From Omnitrophica WOR_2 bacterium RIFOXYA2_FULL_38_17 (GTDB lineage: Bacteria > Omnitrophota > Gorgyraeia > Zapsychrales > Zapsychraceae): a DNA stretch of 56,189 bases. Below, piece by piece: positions 29,007 through 38,912 of this stretch (position 1 is the first letter of the stretch; each line of letters begins with the position of its first letter). The position numbers were made by a program, and so were the translations under genes. The notes beneath the pieces were generated by a model. The model saw only the letters and a list, made by a program, of their open reading frames with translations. It was not told the origin of the DNA and did not search any database. Where the stretch lies: contig MHHG01000032.1 of assembly GCA_001805965.1 (NCBI GenBank), positions 1-56,189 on the forward strand. The letters are read 5' to 3'.

Positions 29007-30686
29007 CTACAATTTAGTAATTCGTAAAATATATTTGCCGCCAATACCAAAAAGATTTTCTATCTTATAAGATCTATCTTTTAGAATCCTGTAAAGGTCC
29101 TGAACATTACCCTCTTTTACTACAGCATAATTAACTTTTTCTTCATTCAAATAATCAATGACCATTTGATCCGTGCTTAAAAATGGTATTGGATGCGGAC
29201 TCCAAAACCCTTTCCCGGCAATATCAATTACGGCCATTTTCCTGTCTGTATAAAAACGTACTCCTCTTACATAAAACTTGCTAGCCAAGACCCTTGAATT
29301 TGTAGTATCTATTTTATTTAAAGCCTGGCTTACATCTTTACATGAAACCCAGGGTTCAATGTAAGGCTTGGCAAAAAATAGCATTACTAACAAAGTGGCT
29401 GAAATACCTACATAAGAAAAAAGCATCAGCAAATACTGCCTTCTTAAATTAAAGAATGTGATCAAACAAGCAATCAATGCGACAAAAAAGGAGGCAATTA
29501 ATATAGGATGCAAGCTTCCGATAACGTTAAGGTACATCCTTCCTGCAATATTACCTCCGATTATCACACCTATCAAAACAGCTACCATCGCGTAGCCACA
29601 TATCATAAGCCCAAGTGATTTCTTTGCATCTGCTGCCCTTGCAATCGCCGAATCTAAATAAAAAGCTAAAAGGATTGCTACTGACGGGAACAGCGGGAAT
29701 ATGTAGCTGGCCAACTTTGATGCCGCTGGCTGAGTGAAAATCAAAACTGATGTTATCCAACCGATCAAAAATATCAGCCAATCACTCTCTTTCGTTTTAT
29801 TCTTTATTTCGCTAAATACTTTTTTTATTGTAGGAAACCAGAACAAACTCCAGGGCAGAACTCCGGCAAACATTAAAGCAAAATAAAAATACCAATTATC
29901 CAGCCTTCTATGCTCTGCACCTAAAACCCTGCGGAGATGGACATTGCCGAAATATTCATCAATAAAGAATTGGCCATGCATATTATACATAACGATGTGC
30001 CATGGCAACGAAATAAGCAGAAACAATAAAAAACCTAGCAACGTAGCCTTTTGCCTGAAAAGCAAAAAATCTTTTTTATAAACCATATAAATAAGCGCTG
30101 CAGCTCCGGGAAATAAAAAACCTAGAAGACCTTTTGTAAGAACAGCTAAAGCAGCAAACACGAATGCCAGTATTATAGACATATTCCGGTGTCTTTCACT
30201 TTTAAAAGCCATGCAAATGAAACCGATTGAAATAGCGACGATAACTGAAAAAATCATATCCGTAAGAACTGCTCGAGCTAATGCGAGGTAAATAAAACTG
30301 GTAGAAATTATCAAAGAAGAAAGAAAAGCCAATCTCTTTTTTTCAAACATAACCCATGCTATCCAGTACGTTATACACACGCCAACTATTCCGAAAAATG
30401 CGGGCCAAAATCTTGCAACAAAAGGCGTAAGGCCAAACCATTTGATCGCAGCTGCAAACAACGCATAAGCAAGAAAAGGTTTTTCGAACTGAATATCATC
30501 AAATATCATTGGAGTGAACCATTTATTATACTGGACCATCTCTTTTGCGCTTTGAATATAAAAAACCTCATCCGGATGAGTAAGGCTGACAATACTATTT
30601 CCAAACATCAACATAAAATATGAAAACACTAATAGCATTAAAACAAGTTTTAAATGACTAAGCTTATCGAAAATCGTTTTATCCAT
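29007..30686 (-). CDS. ArnT/PMT-family (GT-C) glycosyltransferase
   Basis: PDEVFY..SAKEM, FEKP, AVLTKG, multi-TM, SKLASYIFP. Confidence 0.88.
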   Translation of the reverse strand: MDKTIFDKLSHLKLVLMLLVFSYFMLMFGNSIVSLTHPDEVFYIQSAKEMVQYNKWFTPMIFDDIQFEKPFLAYALFAAAIKWFGLTPFVARFWPAFFGIVGVCITYWIAWVMFEKKRLAFLSSLIISTSFIYLALARAVLTDMIFSVIVAISIGFICMAFKSERHRNMSIILAFVFAALAVLTKGLLGFLFPGAAALIYMVYKKDFLLFRQKATLLGFLLFLLISLPWHIVMYNMHGQFFIDEYFGNVHLRRVLGAEHRRLDNWYFYFALMFAGVLPWSLFWFPTIKKVFSEIKNKTKESDWLIFLIGWITSVLIFTQPAASKLASYIFPLFPSVAILLAFYLDSAIARAADAKKSLGLMICGYAMVAVLIGVIIGGNIAGRMYLNVIGSLHPILIASFFVALIACLITFFNLRRQYLLMLFSYVGISATLLVMLFFAKPYIEPWVSCKDVSQALNKIDTTNSRVLASKFYVRGVRFYTDRKMAVIDIAGKGFWSPHPIPFLSTDQMVIDYLNEEKVNYAVVKEGNVQDLYRILKDRSYKIENLFGIGGKYILRITKL

Positions 30687-31392
30687 TTATTAGCTCCTTA
30701 GTTGTTACGAATTCATAGCCCTTTTCCCTCAACATCTTTGCAAGTAATGATATACATTTAACCGTTTGGGTCCTCTTTCCTCCCTCGGTCCTAGTAACAT
30801 TACCGCTGTCATGAAACAGCAGAATATCGCCATTTCTTATGTTTGAAGATAAATATTTTGCTATGTTCTTGTGATTGAACATCACCCAATCCTTAGAGTT
30901 CAAAGACCATAGAATAATGCTATATCCCATCGACTTGATCTTCTCTTTGATCACCTTTTGAAGCCATGCTTTAGGAGGGCGAAATATTTTAGTTGTTACT
31001 CCTGTTATTTCACGAATAACATGCTCGGTATACTTTATCTCCTCTTCAATCTCAGCAGGAGTATAGTAGAACATCACACTGTGCGCGTATCCATGATTAC
31101 CGACCTCATGGCCTTCAGCTACTATCCTGCGTGCTATATCAGGATATTTCTGAACATGATATCCAATCAAGAAAAATGTCGCTTTTATATTTGAATCCTT
31201 CAATTCGTCAAGAATTTTTGGTGTCCATTCTGGAGAAGGACCATCATCAAAAGTTAAAGCTATTTTTTTTTCGGCGCTTTTAATTCTATAAATTGTTCCC
31301 CTTCTTGTCAAAACTGCCTGATCAAAAAAAACACAAAATCCACCAATTAACAAAGAAAGCAGGACTGCACTAATTAAAATATATACTAACAT
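30679..31392 (-). CDS. Polysaccharide deacetylase (CE4/NodB)
   Basis: ALTFDDGP, GNHGYAH, FRPP, LFHD; N-terminal TM; start 31392 is coupled (TAATG) to the UDG stop. Confidence 0.92.
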   Translation of the reverse strand: MLVYILISAVLLSLLIGGFCVFFDQAVLTRRGTIYRIKSAEKKIALTFDDGPSPEWTPKILDELKDSNIKATFFLIGYHVQKYPDIARRIVAEGHEVGNHGYAHSVMFYYTPAEIEEEIKYTEHVIREITGVTTKIFRPPKAWLQKVIKEKIKSMGYSIILWSLNSKDWVMFNHKNIAKYLSSNIRNGDILLFHDSGNVTRTEGGKRTQTVKCISLLAKMLREKGYEFVTTKELING

Positions 31393-32042
31393 TACAGCGC
31401 CCATTCCATTTGAGAAGATGTGTCTTCATTATTTGAAACTGATATCTTTTTAGAGCTTATAAATCTTTTAAATATTTGAAAATCATTAATAAGCTGATCT
31501 GTCTTATGAACATTATAAGTAGCAACCGCCGGATGAAACAACGGCACAATCTTTATTTTCCCAAATGAAGGATCTACATCAAAAACCTTACCCGCAACCG
31601 CACTGATTTTCGCAGCAGGAATACCAAACTTTTCAAATATATATGTTGTAGAAAAATTCCCTAAAGTCCCAATAACCTGCGGATCAACTACTTTAATCTG
31701 AATATCTAAGCTTCCAACACAGCTTTTAATTTCACTTGAAAGAGGATTCCTGTTGCCCGGGGGCCTGCATTTTAAAATATTACATAAATATATCTGTTGC
31801 CGCGTCAATCCAACAGAATCCAAAAGCTTATCAAAAACATCTCCTGCTCTACCGACAAACGGTTTTCCCTTCAGATCCTCATTACGTCCTGGTGCTTCGC
31901 CTATGAACATTATATCAGCGTTACAATCACCCTCGCCTGGAACCACATTTGTGCGAGTTGCAAACAAAGCACACCTCTTACAACAGGAGATCTTCCCTCT
32001 CAACTTTTCTATTTTTAATTTCTTTTCTTCTAAAGACATCAT
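31392..32042 (-). CDS. Uracil-DNA glycosylase family 4
   Basis: CCKRC, GEAPGRNED..GKPFVG, KCRPPGNRNP, FHPA. Confidence 0.95.
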   Translation of the reverse strand: MMSLEEKKLKIEKLRGKISCCKRCALFATRTNVVPGEGDCNADIMFIGEAPGRNEDLKGKPFVGRAGDVFDKLLDSVGLTRQQIYLCNILKCRPPGNRNPLSSEIKSCVGSLDIQIKVVDPQVIGTLGNFSTTYIFEKFGIPAAKISAVAGKVFDVDPSFGKIKIVPLFHPAVATYNVHKTDQLINDFQIFKRFISSKKISVSNNEDTSSQMEWAL

Positions 32043-32067
32043 GTAAAAAATCAGGTTAGAACTATTA

Positions 32068-33714
32068 TTATTTAAAATCGATCAATGATGGGTCATAATC
32101 AAGCGGCTTTTCATAACCCAGAAAACTCAAAATTGTTGCGGCTACATTTGATAGCCCTTTTTTCGGCAGATCTGCCATTTTATATTCACCTTTGAAATTA
32201 GGATCGATAATAACAAAAGGAACCCTGTTCAACGAATGAGCCGTGCTGACAATTTTTTTACCATTCTTGATCGTGAACAGCTCATCCGCATTGCCATGGT
32301 CAGCTGTAACAAGCACAATACCCCTTAATTCCATAACAGCATCAATTACTTTCTTAACACAGGCATCTACAGTCTCAACAGCTGTTATAATAGCCTTCTC
32401 TATTCCTGTATGCCCGACCATATCACCATTAGCAAAATTCAATCTTCCAAATTTAAATTCCCCGCTTCTTAGAAGTTCGATAGTTTTTTCGGCTATCTCT
32501 TCTGCCTTCATTTTTGGAGCTTTTTCAAATTGTATCTTGTCGGAAGGAATCTCAATATATGTTTCAAGTTCTTTGTTGATATATCCCGATCGATTACCAT
32601 TCCAAAAATATGTTACATGACCGAATTTCTGAGTCTCAGAAATTGCGAATGACTTAATTTTCATGTCACATAAGTATTCACTAAGCGTATTATCTATCTC
32701 AGGAGGATTTACTAAATAATTCTTTGGAACATGTAAATCGCCATCATATTCCATCATTCCGGCAAAAAAAACATCAGGGATTCTTTTCCTGTCAAATTTG
32801 TCAAAATCATCACCTTTATCAAATGCTAAAGATAACTCTATTGACCTATCACCCCTAAAATTAAATAGCACAACAGAATCACCATCTTCTATTGTGCCAA
32901 CAGGCTTACCCTCAACACCAATAACAAATGACTCTAAAAACTGGTCATTTATTTTTTCATCCTCATCATAATAAGTCTGAATAGCTTCCGTAGCTGAAGA
33001 GAACATCCTTGCTTGACCGAGAACATGAGCATCCCATCCCCTTTTAACCACTGTCCAATCAGCATTATACCTATCCATAGTTGTAATCATTCGACCGCCT
33101 CCAGAAGCGATCTTATAATCAAACTCATACTCAGAATTTATTTTAATTAACAACTCTTCTGTTTTTTCAACAAATATTAGTGCGGACCTTTCATAAACAT
33201 CCCTGCCGTCCAATAGAGCATGTATTCTCACTCTTTTAACGCCCTCACTTGCACACCTTTCAACCATTGCTAAGAGATGATCAATGTGCGAATGGACATT
33301 ACCATCGGAAAGAAGCCCTATAAAATGAATCGCTCCCCCGCTCTGTTTAACCTTGTTTTCTAATTTTTTCCAAGTCTCGCCTTCGTAAATAGTTTTATCA
33401 TTAATACAATTGTTTACTAGTGAAGCCCCTTGATTAAACACCCTTCCGGCTCCAAGCGCATTATGCCCAACTTCACTGTTTCCCATATCTTCATCTGATG
33501 GCATTCCTACCGCTAAACCATGTGCTTGCAATTCAGTATAATATGGGCTTTTAAAGAGTTCATCAAGACAAGGAGTCTTTGAAACGAACACACCATCACT
33601 TTCATCCTTCTTGCCAATGCCTACCCCGTCCATTATTATTAACATTAAAGGACCTTTACAACCTTGATATTTATCACATTTAGCCAGTGTTTGTAACATA
33701 CTGAATCCTTCCAT
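32068..33714 (-). CDS. gpmI: 2,3-bisphosphoglycerate-independent phosphoglycerate mutase
   Basis: MGNSEVGH, LLSDGNVHSH, DGRD, NFRGDR, NGDMVGHTG, TADHGN. Confidence 0.97.
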   Translation of the reverse strand: MEGFSMLQTLAKCDKYQGCKGPLMLIIMDGVGIGKKDESDGVFVSKTPCLDELFKSPYYTELQAHGLAVGMPSDEDMGNSEVGHNALGAGRVFNQGASLVNNCINDKTIYEGETWKKLENKVKQSGGAIHFIGLLSDGNVHSHIDHLLAMVERCASEGVKRVRIHALLDGRDVYERSALIFVEKTEELLIKINSEYEFDYKIASGGGRMITTMDRYNADWTVVKRGWDAHVLGQARMFSSATEAIQTYYDEDEKINDQFLESFVIGVEGKPVGTIEDGDSVVLFNFRGDRSIELSLAFDKGDDFDKFDRKRIPDVFFAGMMEYDGDLHVPKNYLVNPPEIDNTLSEYLCDMKIKSFAISETQKFGHVTYFWNGNRSGYINKELETYIEIPSDKIQFEKAPKMKAEEIAEKTIELLRSGEFKFGRLNFANGDMVGHTGIEKAIITAVETVDACVKKVIDAVMELRGIVLVTADHGNADELFTIKNGKKIVSTAHSLNRVPFVIIDPNFKGEYKMADLPKKGLSNVAATILSFLGYEKPLDYDPSLIDFK

Positions 33715-33840
33715 TTTATATAAATAAGAAAAATTTTCTTTTTAACCGTTACCATTTTACACAAAATTACCAAAATGAAAAGCTAAATATCCATGATTAT
33801 TTTCACTTGGAATAAAATTTAAGCCTTAACTAAAATAAAA

Positions 33841-33888
33841 AAAAGCTGCGTTCTGGAAATACGTTATATTCCAAAAGCACAGCTTTTT
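33841..33888 (-). terminator. Intrinsic terminator
   Basis: AAAAGCTG...GGAA...TTCC...CAGCTTTT inverted repeat with A/T tracts on both sides. Confidence 0.7.
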
Positions 33889-33918
33889 AATTTAAAGTAT
33901 ACAAGTTGTTGGAGATTG

Positions 33919-34161
33919 TTACCTTTTTGCTTTAGTTGAATCTTTCCTAGGATTCTTTGATGCTCTCGGACCTTTAAAAGCATCACTATCCTGCATATGA
34001 TAATCCATCCAGGCCTTAGAAAACCTTTTCAGCCAATCTTCGCTAGCAACCTCAAAACTGATGTCGGTGCCTGCTTTTTCACTCTCGATCCACAAATGCC
34101 TGTTAATCTCTTCTACAACTTTGCGGTTTTTAAGTAATTCTTTTTTGTCTATTTCAGTCAT
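33919..34161 (-). CDS. Small DUF4032-like protein
   Basis: EEINRHLWIESEKAGTDI.FE.A..DW motif; start MTEID at 34161 after GGAG. Confidence 0.65.
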   Translation of the reverse strand: MTEIDKKELLKNRKVVEEINRHLWIESEKAGTDISFEVASEDWLKRFSKAWMDYHMQDSDAFKGPRASKNPRKDSTKAKR

Positions 34162-34300
34162 TATTTCTCCATTAAAGATATGGGATTTTATCAAATACGC
34201 CCTAAAATGTCAATTAATTTTTTATCTTATCAATACTCGCAATACCTTATATTGCAATATGTTACAACACGGCTGTTAACACTTTGTTAACTTTTTCAAA

Positions 34301-35056
34301 TTAATCATCTAACAATCCCCAAGTTGTATCCATAAGAACATCTCTTATAACAGCAACACTCGCCTGTAAAAATGACTGCCCTTCTTTTAAAGATCCGTCA
34401 AATTCTTTGCTATAAAATTTATCAAGCTTTTCTAAGAGCTTTTTCCTTTCTTGCGATGTAATTCCAAGCATTGTCAACTGATCAAACCGGTCTTCCTTAT
34501 TACTAACAAGAACTTTTGTAACAAGCATTGACGCTTCAAAAAGCTTTTTCAAGGAATCCCTCCGAATAGAAGCTAATTTCCTCTGCCTATCTCTAAATTC
34601 TTTTCCATCAAAACTCTCAAGCTCCTGTTTCTCCTGAATCTCCTGAAAATCCTGTAACAACTGCCTTTCACTTTTATTTATAACAATTAACTCATCACAA
34701 ACTTCTGTAAAAAGATCCGTAACTTTCAACATAAGGCCATTCTCAGGCGATATATACTTCTTTAATAGATTCTTAGCAACCCGAATATTTGCATTGTCTT
34801 TAACAAACCCACTTATTAATTCCCTTCCCTTTTGAACATTATCAAGTTTATCAAATGACATTCCAGATATTTTTTTACTTCTATCATCATTAGCCTGCAA
34901 ATAGCTTAAGCTGTGAATAAAATCTCTAACAAATTCATATTTTTTTCCATCAGGATTAAATTCCTTTATTTGATCTACACTATCATAATAACTTGCAGCA
35001 AATACCGAACAAGCACAAAACACAAACATCACTGAAAGGATAAATATCTTTTTCAT
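34301..35056 (-). CDS. Secreted helical hypothetical protein
   Basis: Start MKKIF at 35056 (GGAG RBS); signal peptide ending SVFA. Confidence 0.7.
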   Translation of the reverse strand: MKKIFILSVMFVFCACSVFAASYYDSVDQIKEFNPDGKKYEFVRDFIHSLSYLQANDDRSKKISGMSFDKLDNVQKGRELISGFVKDNANIRVAKNLLKKYISPENGLMLKVTDLFTEVCDELIVINKSERQLLQDFQEIQEKQELESFDGKEFRDRQRKLASIRRDSLKKLFEASMLVTKVLVSNKEDRFDQLTMLGITSQERKKLLEKLDKFYSKEFDGSLKEGQSFLQASVAVIRDVLMDTTWGLLDD

Positions 35057-35175
35057 ATTGATCTCCATTACATTTAAATATAAATAAAATAATGTTATTG
35101 GCAACCGCCATCTTTGGTTTTATAATTAATTAGCATTTACAAATATAATAAAATAACAATCAATATTGCTTATAT

Positions 35176-35586
35176 ATGCAAACAAACAAAAATACTGGTT
35201 ATTCCTCAGTCGAAATAATTGTCATAATAATTATCATAGGTATCTCAGCGGCTTTTGTCATCCCAAATTATTCAAAAGCAAAAGAAATAGCAAAAGAGAG
35301 AAATGCTAATCTTAATCTTGTCGCAATACATTCTGCTTGTTTAATATATCAATCAAAACATTCTAAATTTCCACAAAGTGGAGATATAGAACATATCAAC
35401 AACACGCTAAACTTAACTATCCAAGACAAACACTTTATATACTATTTAGAAAGTAGTGACTATAGCTATATTGCAACGGCTGAGCGTATTGGAAATCTTT
35501 ATAAACTAACAGCTACAGAAGATGCCCTGAACGATAATAACCCAACATGTGTGGACAGACTAAAGAAATGTCCATCAAATTTTTAA
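35176..35586 (+). CDS. Type IV pilin-like protein
   Basis: G|YSSVEIIVIIIIIGISAAFVIP (E5 retained), C-terminal Cys pair. Confidence 0.8.
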   Translation: MQTNKNTGYSSVEIIVIIIIIGISAAFVIPNYSKAKEIAKERNANLNLVAIHSACLIYQSKHSKFPQSGDIEHINNTLNLTIQDKHFIYYLESSDYSYIATAERIGNLYKLTATEDALNDNNPTCVDRLKKCPSNF

Positions 35587-35609
35587 ATCAAAATTACAGG
35601 AATTTAATA

Positions 35610-36032
35610 ATGATCTCAATAAACTTAATTAATAATAAAGCAAACAAAAAAGCATTTACCCTAGCCGAAATGATAATAGTTGTTATTATTATCGGGATTA
35701 TTACTACATTTGCTTTGCCAAAATTCACTAAATCTATGGAAAAGGAACGAGCTCGAAGACTTGAATCAAATCTAACAATAATTCATTCTGCTCTTGAAAT
35801 ATGGGAGGCGAACGCTCAATCATATCCCGCTAATGGAAGCCAAGATCTTGATTATTTAAACAACAGCCTGAGACTTAACATACTAGATTCTGACTTCAAC
35901 TACACATACACTAACAATGGTTCTTCATACACAGTAGACGCTCAAAAAATAGATAACAGCTACACAATAAGGCTTACAGAAGCGCCCATAGGACCAACCA
36001 ATCCATCGTGTCAACAAGGAACATGCCCTTAA
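35610..36032 (+). CDS. Type IV pilin-like protein
   Basis: A|FTLAEMIIVVIIIGIITTFALP; start 35610 after AGGA; C-terminal C...CP; paralog of the upstream pilin. Confidence 0.88.
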   Translation: MISINLINNKANKKAFTLAEMIIVVIIIGIITTFALPKFTKSMEKERARRLESNLTIIHSALEIWEANAQSYPANGSQDLDYLNNSLRLNILDSDFNYTYTNNGSSYTVDAQKIDNSYTIRLTEAPIGPTNPSCQQGTCP

Positions 36033-36111
36033 AATAGCTTTTAAACTATAGGAGTTTGCAGTACTCCTTATACATTTAAAAAATCCCTGACAAAACCGGG
36101 TTTTCAGAAAG

Positions 36112-36396
36112 CTACATCTCCCCAATTATCTTATCAAAATCATCAACATTAACTGCTGGTAATGTTTTAAATGAGATACCTGTTAACAATGACAACCCCA
36201 GAGATGCCTTCATCGCTTTTTCATTGTCAGACAAATCTACTAACATGGCAAGATCATATTCGCCTAGTAGCGCATAAATAGAATGCACTTCGCCATCCAA
36301 CTCCCTTATTAACCCAATCGCTTTGTCCGTTCTGTGGGGATTCATTTCCTTTATTGATTCTGAGGAGTACTTACCAAGCATAAGAAATGATGACAT
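36112..36396 (-). CDS. GYD-domain protein
   Basis: 94 aa, GEVHSIYALLGEYDL...KTLPA; GGAGG RBS. Confidence 0.8.
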   Translation of the reverse strand: MSSFLMLGKYSSESIKEMNPHRTDKAIGLIRELDGEVHSIYALLGEYDLAMLVDLSDNEKAMKASLGLSLLTGISFKTLPAVNVDDFDKIIGEM

Positions 36397-36440
36397 GTTT
36401 CCCTCCTTTTCATTAAGGTTTATTATATTCTATTGCAAAA

Positions 36441-36480
36441 TTAAACCCCCTGCAACTTATTTAAATCGCAGAGGGCTTAA
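36441..36480 (-). terminator. Hairpin terminator after fba
   Basis: Minus strand UUAAGCCCUCUGCGAUUU...AAGUUGCAGGGGGUUUAA followed by UUUU. Confidence 0.7.
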
Positions 36481-36530
36481 TTTTTATTAATAAATATCTT
36501 TATGTCAAAAGCCTTTGGTTTTTTGTATTT

Positions 36531-37538
36531 TTATGCCTTTCCTGCTGAGCCTAGAACATTTTCATTCTTATGCTTGTACATTTTAATTAATGCATCGCGA
36601 GCTGGACCAAGATATTTTCTTGGATCAAATTCTGCAGGGTTATCCTTAAAATGCTTTCTAATGGCTGCTGTCATCCAAAGACGCCCATCAGAATCAATAT
36701 TGACTTTACACACAGCTGATTGAGTTGCTTTTCTTATCTGCTCTTCAGGGATACCTATTGAATCTTTCAAAGCACCGCCATTTTCATTAATTATCTTTAC
36801 GGCATCTACAGGTACGGACGATGAACCATGTAGAACAATTGGAAATCCCGGTATCTTCTTTTCGATCTGTTCTAAGATATCAAATCTCAAAGCAGGTGGA
36901 ATATAAACACCCTCTTTATTCTTTGTACATTGTTGAGGCTTGAACTTATTAGCGCCATGAGACGTTCCTATTGAAATAGCCAGTGAGTCTACACCTGTTT
37001 TTCCAACAAACTCGACAACCTCTTCAGGCTGTGTATATGTTGAATGTTCAGCGACAACAGCATCTTCAATACCTGCCAAAACACCAAGCTCCCCCTCTAC
37101 AGTTACATCAAACTTATGAGCATACTCAACAACCTTTTTAGTTAATGCAATATTATCTTCGAATGAATGATGTGAGCCATCAATCATGACTGATGAGAAA
37201 CCAGACTCAATACAAGACTTACATAGTTCAAAAGTATCGCCATGGTCAAGATGCAAAGCAATAGGGATTTCTTTCAAACCTTTTTCTGCTGCCATTCTTT
37301 TCATCATTTCAACTGCGCCCTGACCCATGTATTTTAAAAGAGTTTGATCAGCGTACTTGCGAGCCCCGCTTGATACCTGCAAAATTACGGGCGATTGTGT
37401 CTCCAAGCATGCCGTAATAATCGCCTGGATCTGCTCCATATTATTGAAATTGTATGCTGGCACAGCAAACTTCCCATCGACAGCCTTAGCAAACATTTCT
37501 CTTGTATTTGATAAGCCTAAATCCTTGTATGAGGTCAT
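36531..37538 (-). CDS. fba: Fructose-bisphosphate aldolase class II
   Basis: AYNFNNMEQ, LHLDHG, VMIDGSH, VEGELG, IGTSHG, VLHGSS, KVNIDSD, FDPRKYL. Confidence 0.97.
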   Translation of the reverse strand: MTSYKDLGLSNTREMFAKAVDGKFAVPAYNFNNMEQIQAIITACLETQSPVILQVSSGARKYADQTLLKYMGQGAVEMMKRMAAEKGLKEIPIALHLDHGDTFELCKSCIESGFSSVMIDGSHHSFEDNIALTKKVVEYAHKFDVTVEGELGVLAGIEDAVVAEHSTYTQPEEVVEFVGKTGVDSLAISIGTSHGANKFKPQQCTKNKEGVYIPPALRFDILEQIEKKIPGFPIVLHGSSSVPVDAVKIINENGGALKDSIGIPEEQIRKATQSAVCKVNIDSDGRLWMTAAIRKHFKDNPAEFDPRKYLGPARDALIKMYKHKNENVLGSAGKA

Positions 37539-37582
37539 CTTGTTCTCCTTTTATTCACAATTATTTATTAACAATACTCATC

Positions 37583-38128
37583 TTATTTAGCAACATTATA
37601 TTTATTTAAAAAATAAAGTCCAGCGTAAATTCTAGTTCCTATTAAAAATCCTTTTTTCTCCATTCTCCTTAACCAAGATTCAGCTTTATCTAATTTTACT
37701 TCATGGACAACAATTGATTCCCCTTCGTCACCTCCACCAGCAGAAACCTTTTCAATATCAACAGCCCTAACAAGCGTCAGCATATCAGATGCAGTCCCAC
37801 TTGAAGCTGGACCTTCTAATATCTTGATTATTTTTTTTGCTTTGTAGCCAGTTTCTTCCAGAAGTTCACGCTTTGCTGCAGAAATCAGCGTTTCTTTAGT
37901 TTTTCTTTTAGGACAGTCGTTCATCAAACCTGCAGGAAACTCAATAACTTTTTTACCAACCGGAGGCCTGAACTGCTCAACAAAAATAACCTTTCTATCC
38001 TTTGTTAAAGCCAAAATAACAACAGCACCATCACAATTGACTCTTTCTATATATTCCCAATTACCCTTACTCACAAAACGAATAAACTTTCCTTCTGCAA
38101 GCACTACCTTTTTTGGATTATTTTTCAA
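37583..38128 (-). CDS. NUDIX hydrolase (ADP-ribose pyrophosphatase-like)
   Basis: EQFRPP, EFPAG, AAKRELLEETGY. Confidence 0.93.
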   Translation of the reverse strand: MKNNPKKVVLAEGKFIRFVSKGNWEYIERVNCDGAVVILALTKDRKVIFVEQFRPPVGKKVIEFPAGLMNDCPKRKTKETLISAAKRELLEETGYKAKKIIKILEGPASSGTASDMLTLVRAVDIEKVSAGGGDEGESIVVHEVKLDKAESWLRRMEKKGFLIGTRIYAGLYFLNKYNVAK

Positions 38129-38147
38129 CTTTGCTTTAACCTCTAAA

Positions 38148-38813
38148 CTATTTAATTGACATCTCTACGGACAATACTTCCATCTCACATTCAATATATT
38201 CAATATCTCTTTCACTCATTGCACCAAGATCAACTTCAACTGGATTCCACATACCTTTCTGAAGAACCCCCTTAAAACTAAATTCAGTACCTGTCAATTT
38301 TCCTCTCCATTCTTCAAAAGACTGTCTTCCGCTTTCATTCCATGCCGGGCCCCAAAACAATTTAACCTTAAAATCTTTGTAATCAGCAAAATTGGGATTA
38401 CCGATATTTAAATGTAGCCTAACGCCTCTCTCCAGCTTTGTCAGCTTGCTAACCGATATTAAAAAAACACCCGTATTAGTATCAACTCTTTGAAAACTTT
38501 GGGAATATGGGTCCAGGATAACTTTTTTTCTATCCATTCCTTCAAAGCGCTTTTCAAGGTCATACTGTAAGTTCTTTGAATATCTCTCCAGGCTAACTTC
38601 CAAGCCTTTTGTATATTCCGCGATACTCTTTTGCATATTATCTGAAAAATCTGCTAAGGATGGTTGTATAGTTTCAAGGTAGCTCTCTATTGATGAAACT
38701 CTCGCTTCTAGATTATCGATATTTTGCGCAAAAACATTTCCTGCAACAAAACAAATAATCGATAGAACCAAAGATGAAACGAAAAAACCATAAATCTTAA
38801 ACTGTTTTTTCAT
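38148..38813 (-). CDS. Secreted hypothetical protein (DUF3251-like)
   Basis: Signal peptide, coiled coil, then LDPYSQSFQRVDTNTGVFLISV...LNIGNP; start 38813. Confidence 0.6.
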   Translation of the reverse strand: MKKQFKIYGFFVSSLVLSIICFVAGNVFAQNIDNLEARVSSIESYLETIQPSLADFSDNMQKSIAEYTKGLEVSLERYSKNLQYDLEKRFEGMDRKKVILDPYSQSFQRVDTNTGVFLISVSKLTKLERGVRLHLNIGNPNFADYKDFKVKLFWGPAWNESGRQSFEEWRGKLTGTEFSFKGVLQKGMWNPVEVDLGAMSERDIEYIECEMEVLSVEMSIK

Positions 38814-38912
38814 ATATCCCCCCCCTAACAAAATTAAGGACAGATCCCCTTTAATTTAAAACGACCCACAGAATGCTCTATTAAAGAAGTCTGCCCTGTT
38901 GCTACGTTAATT

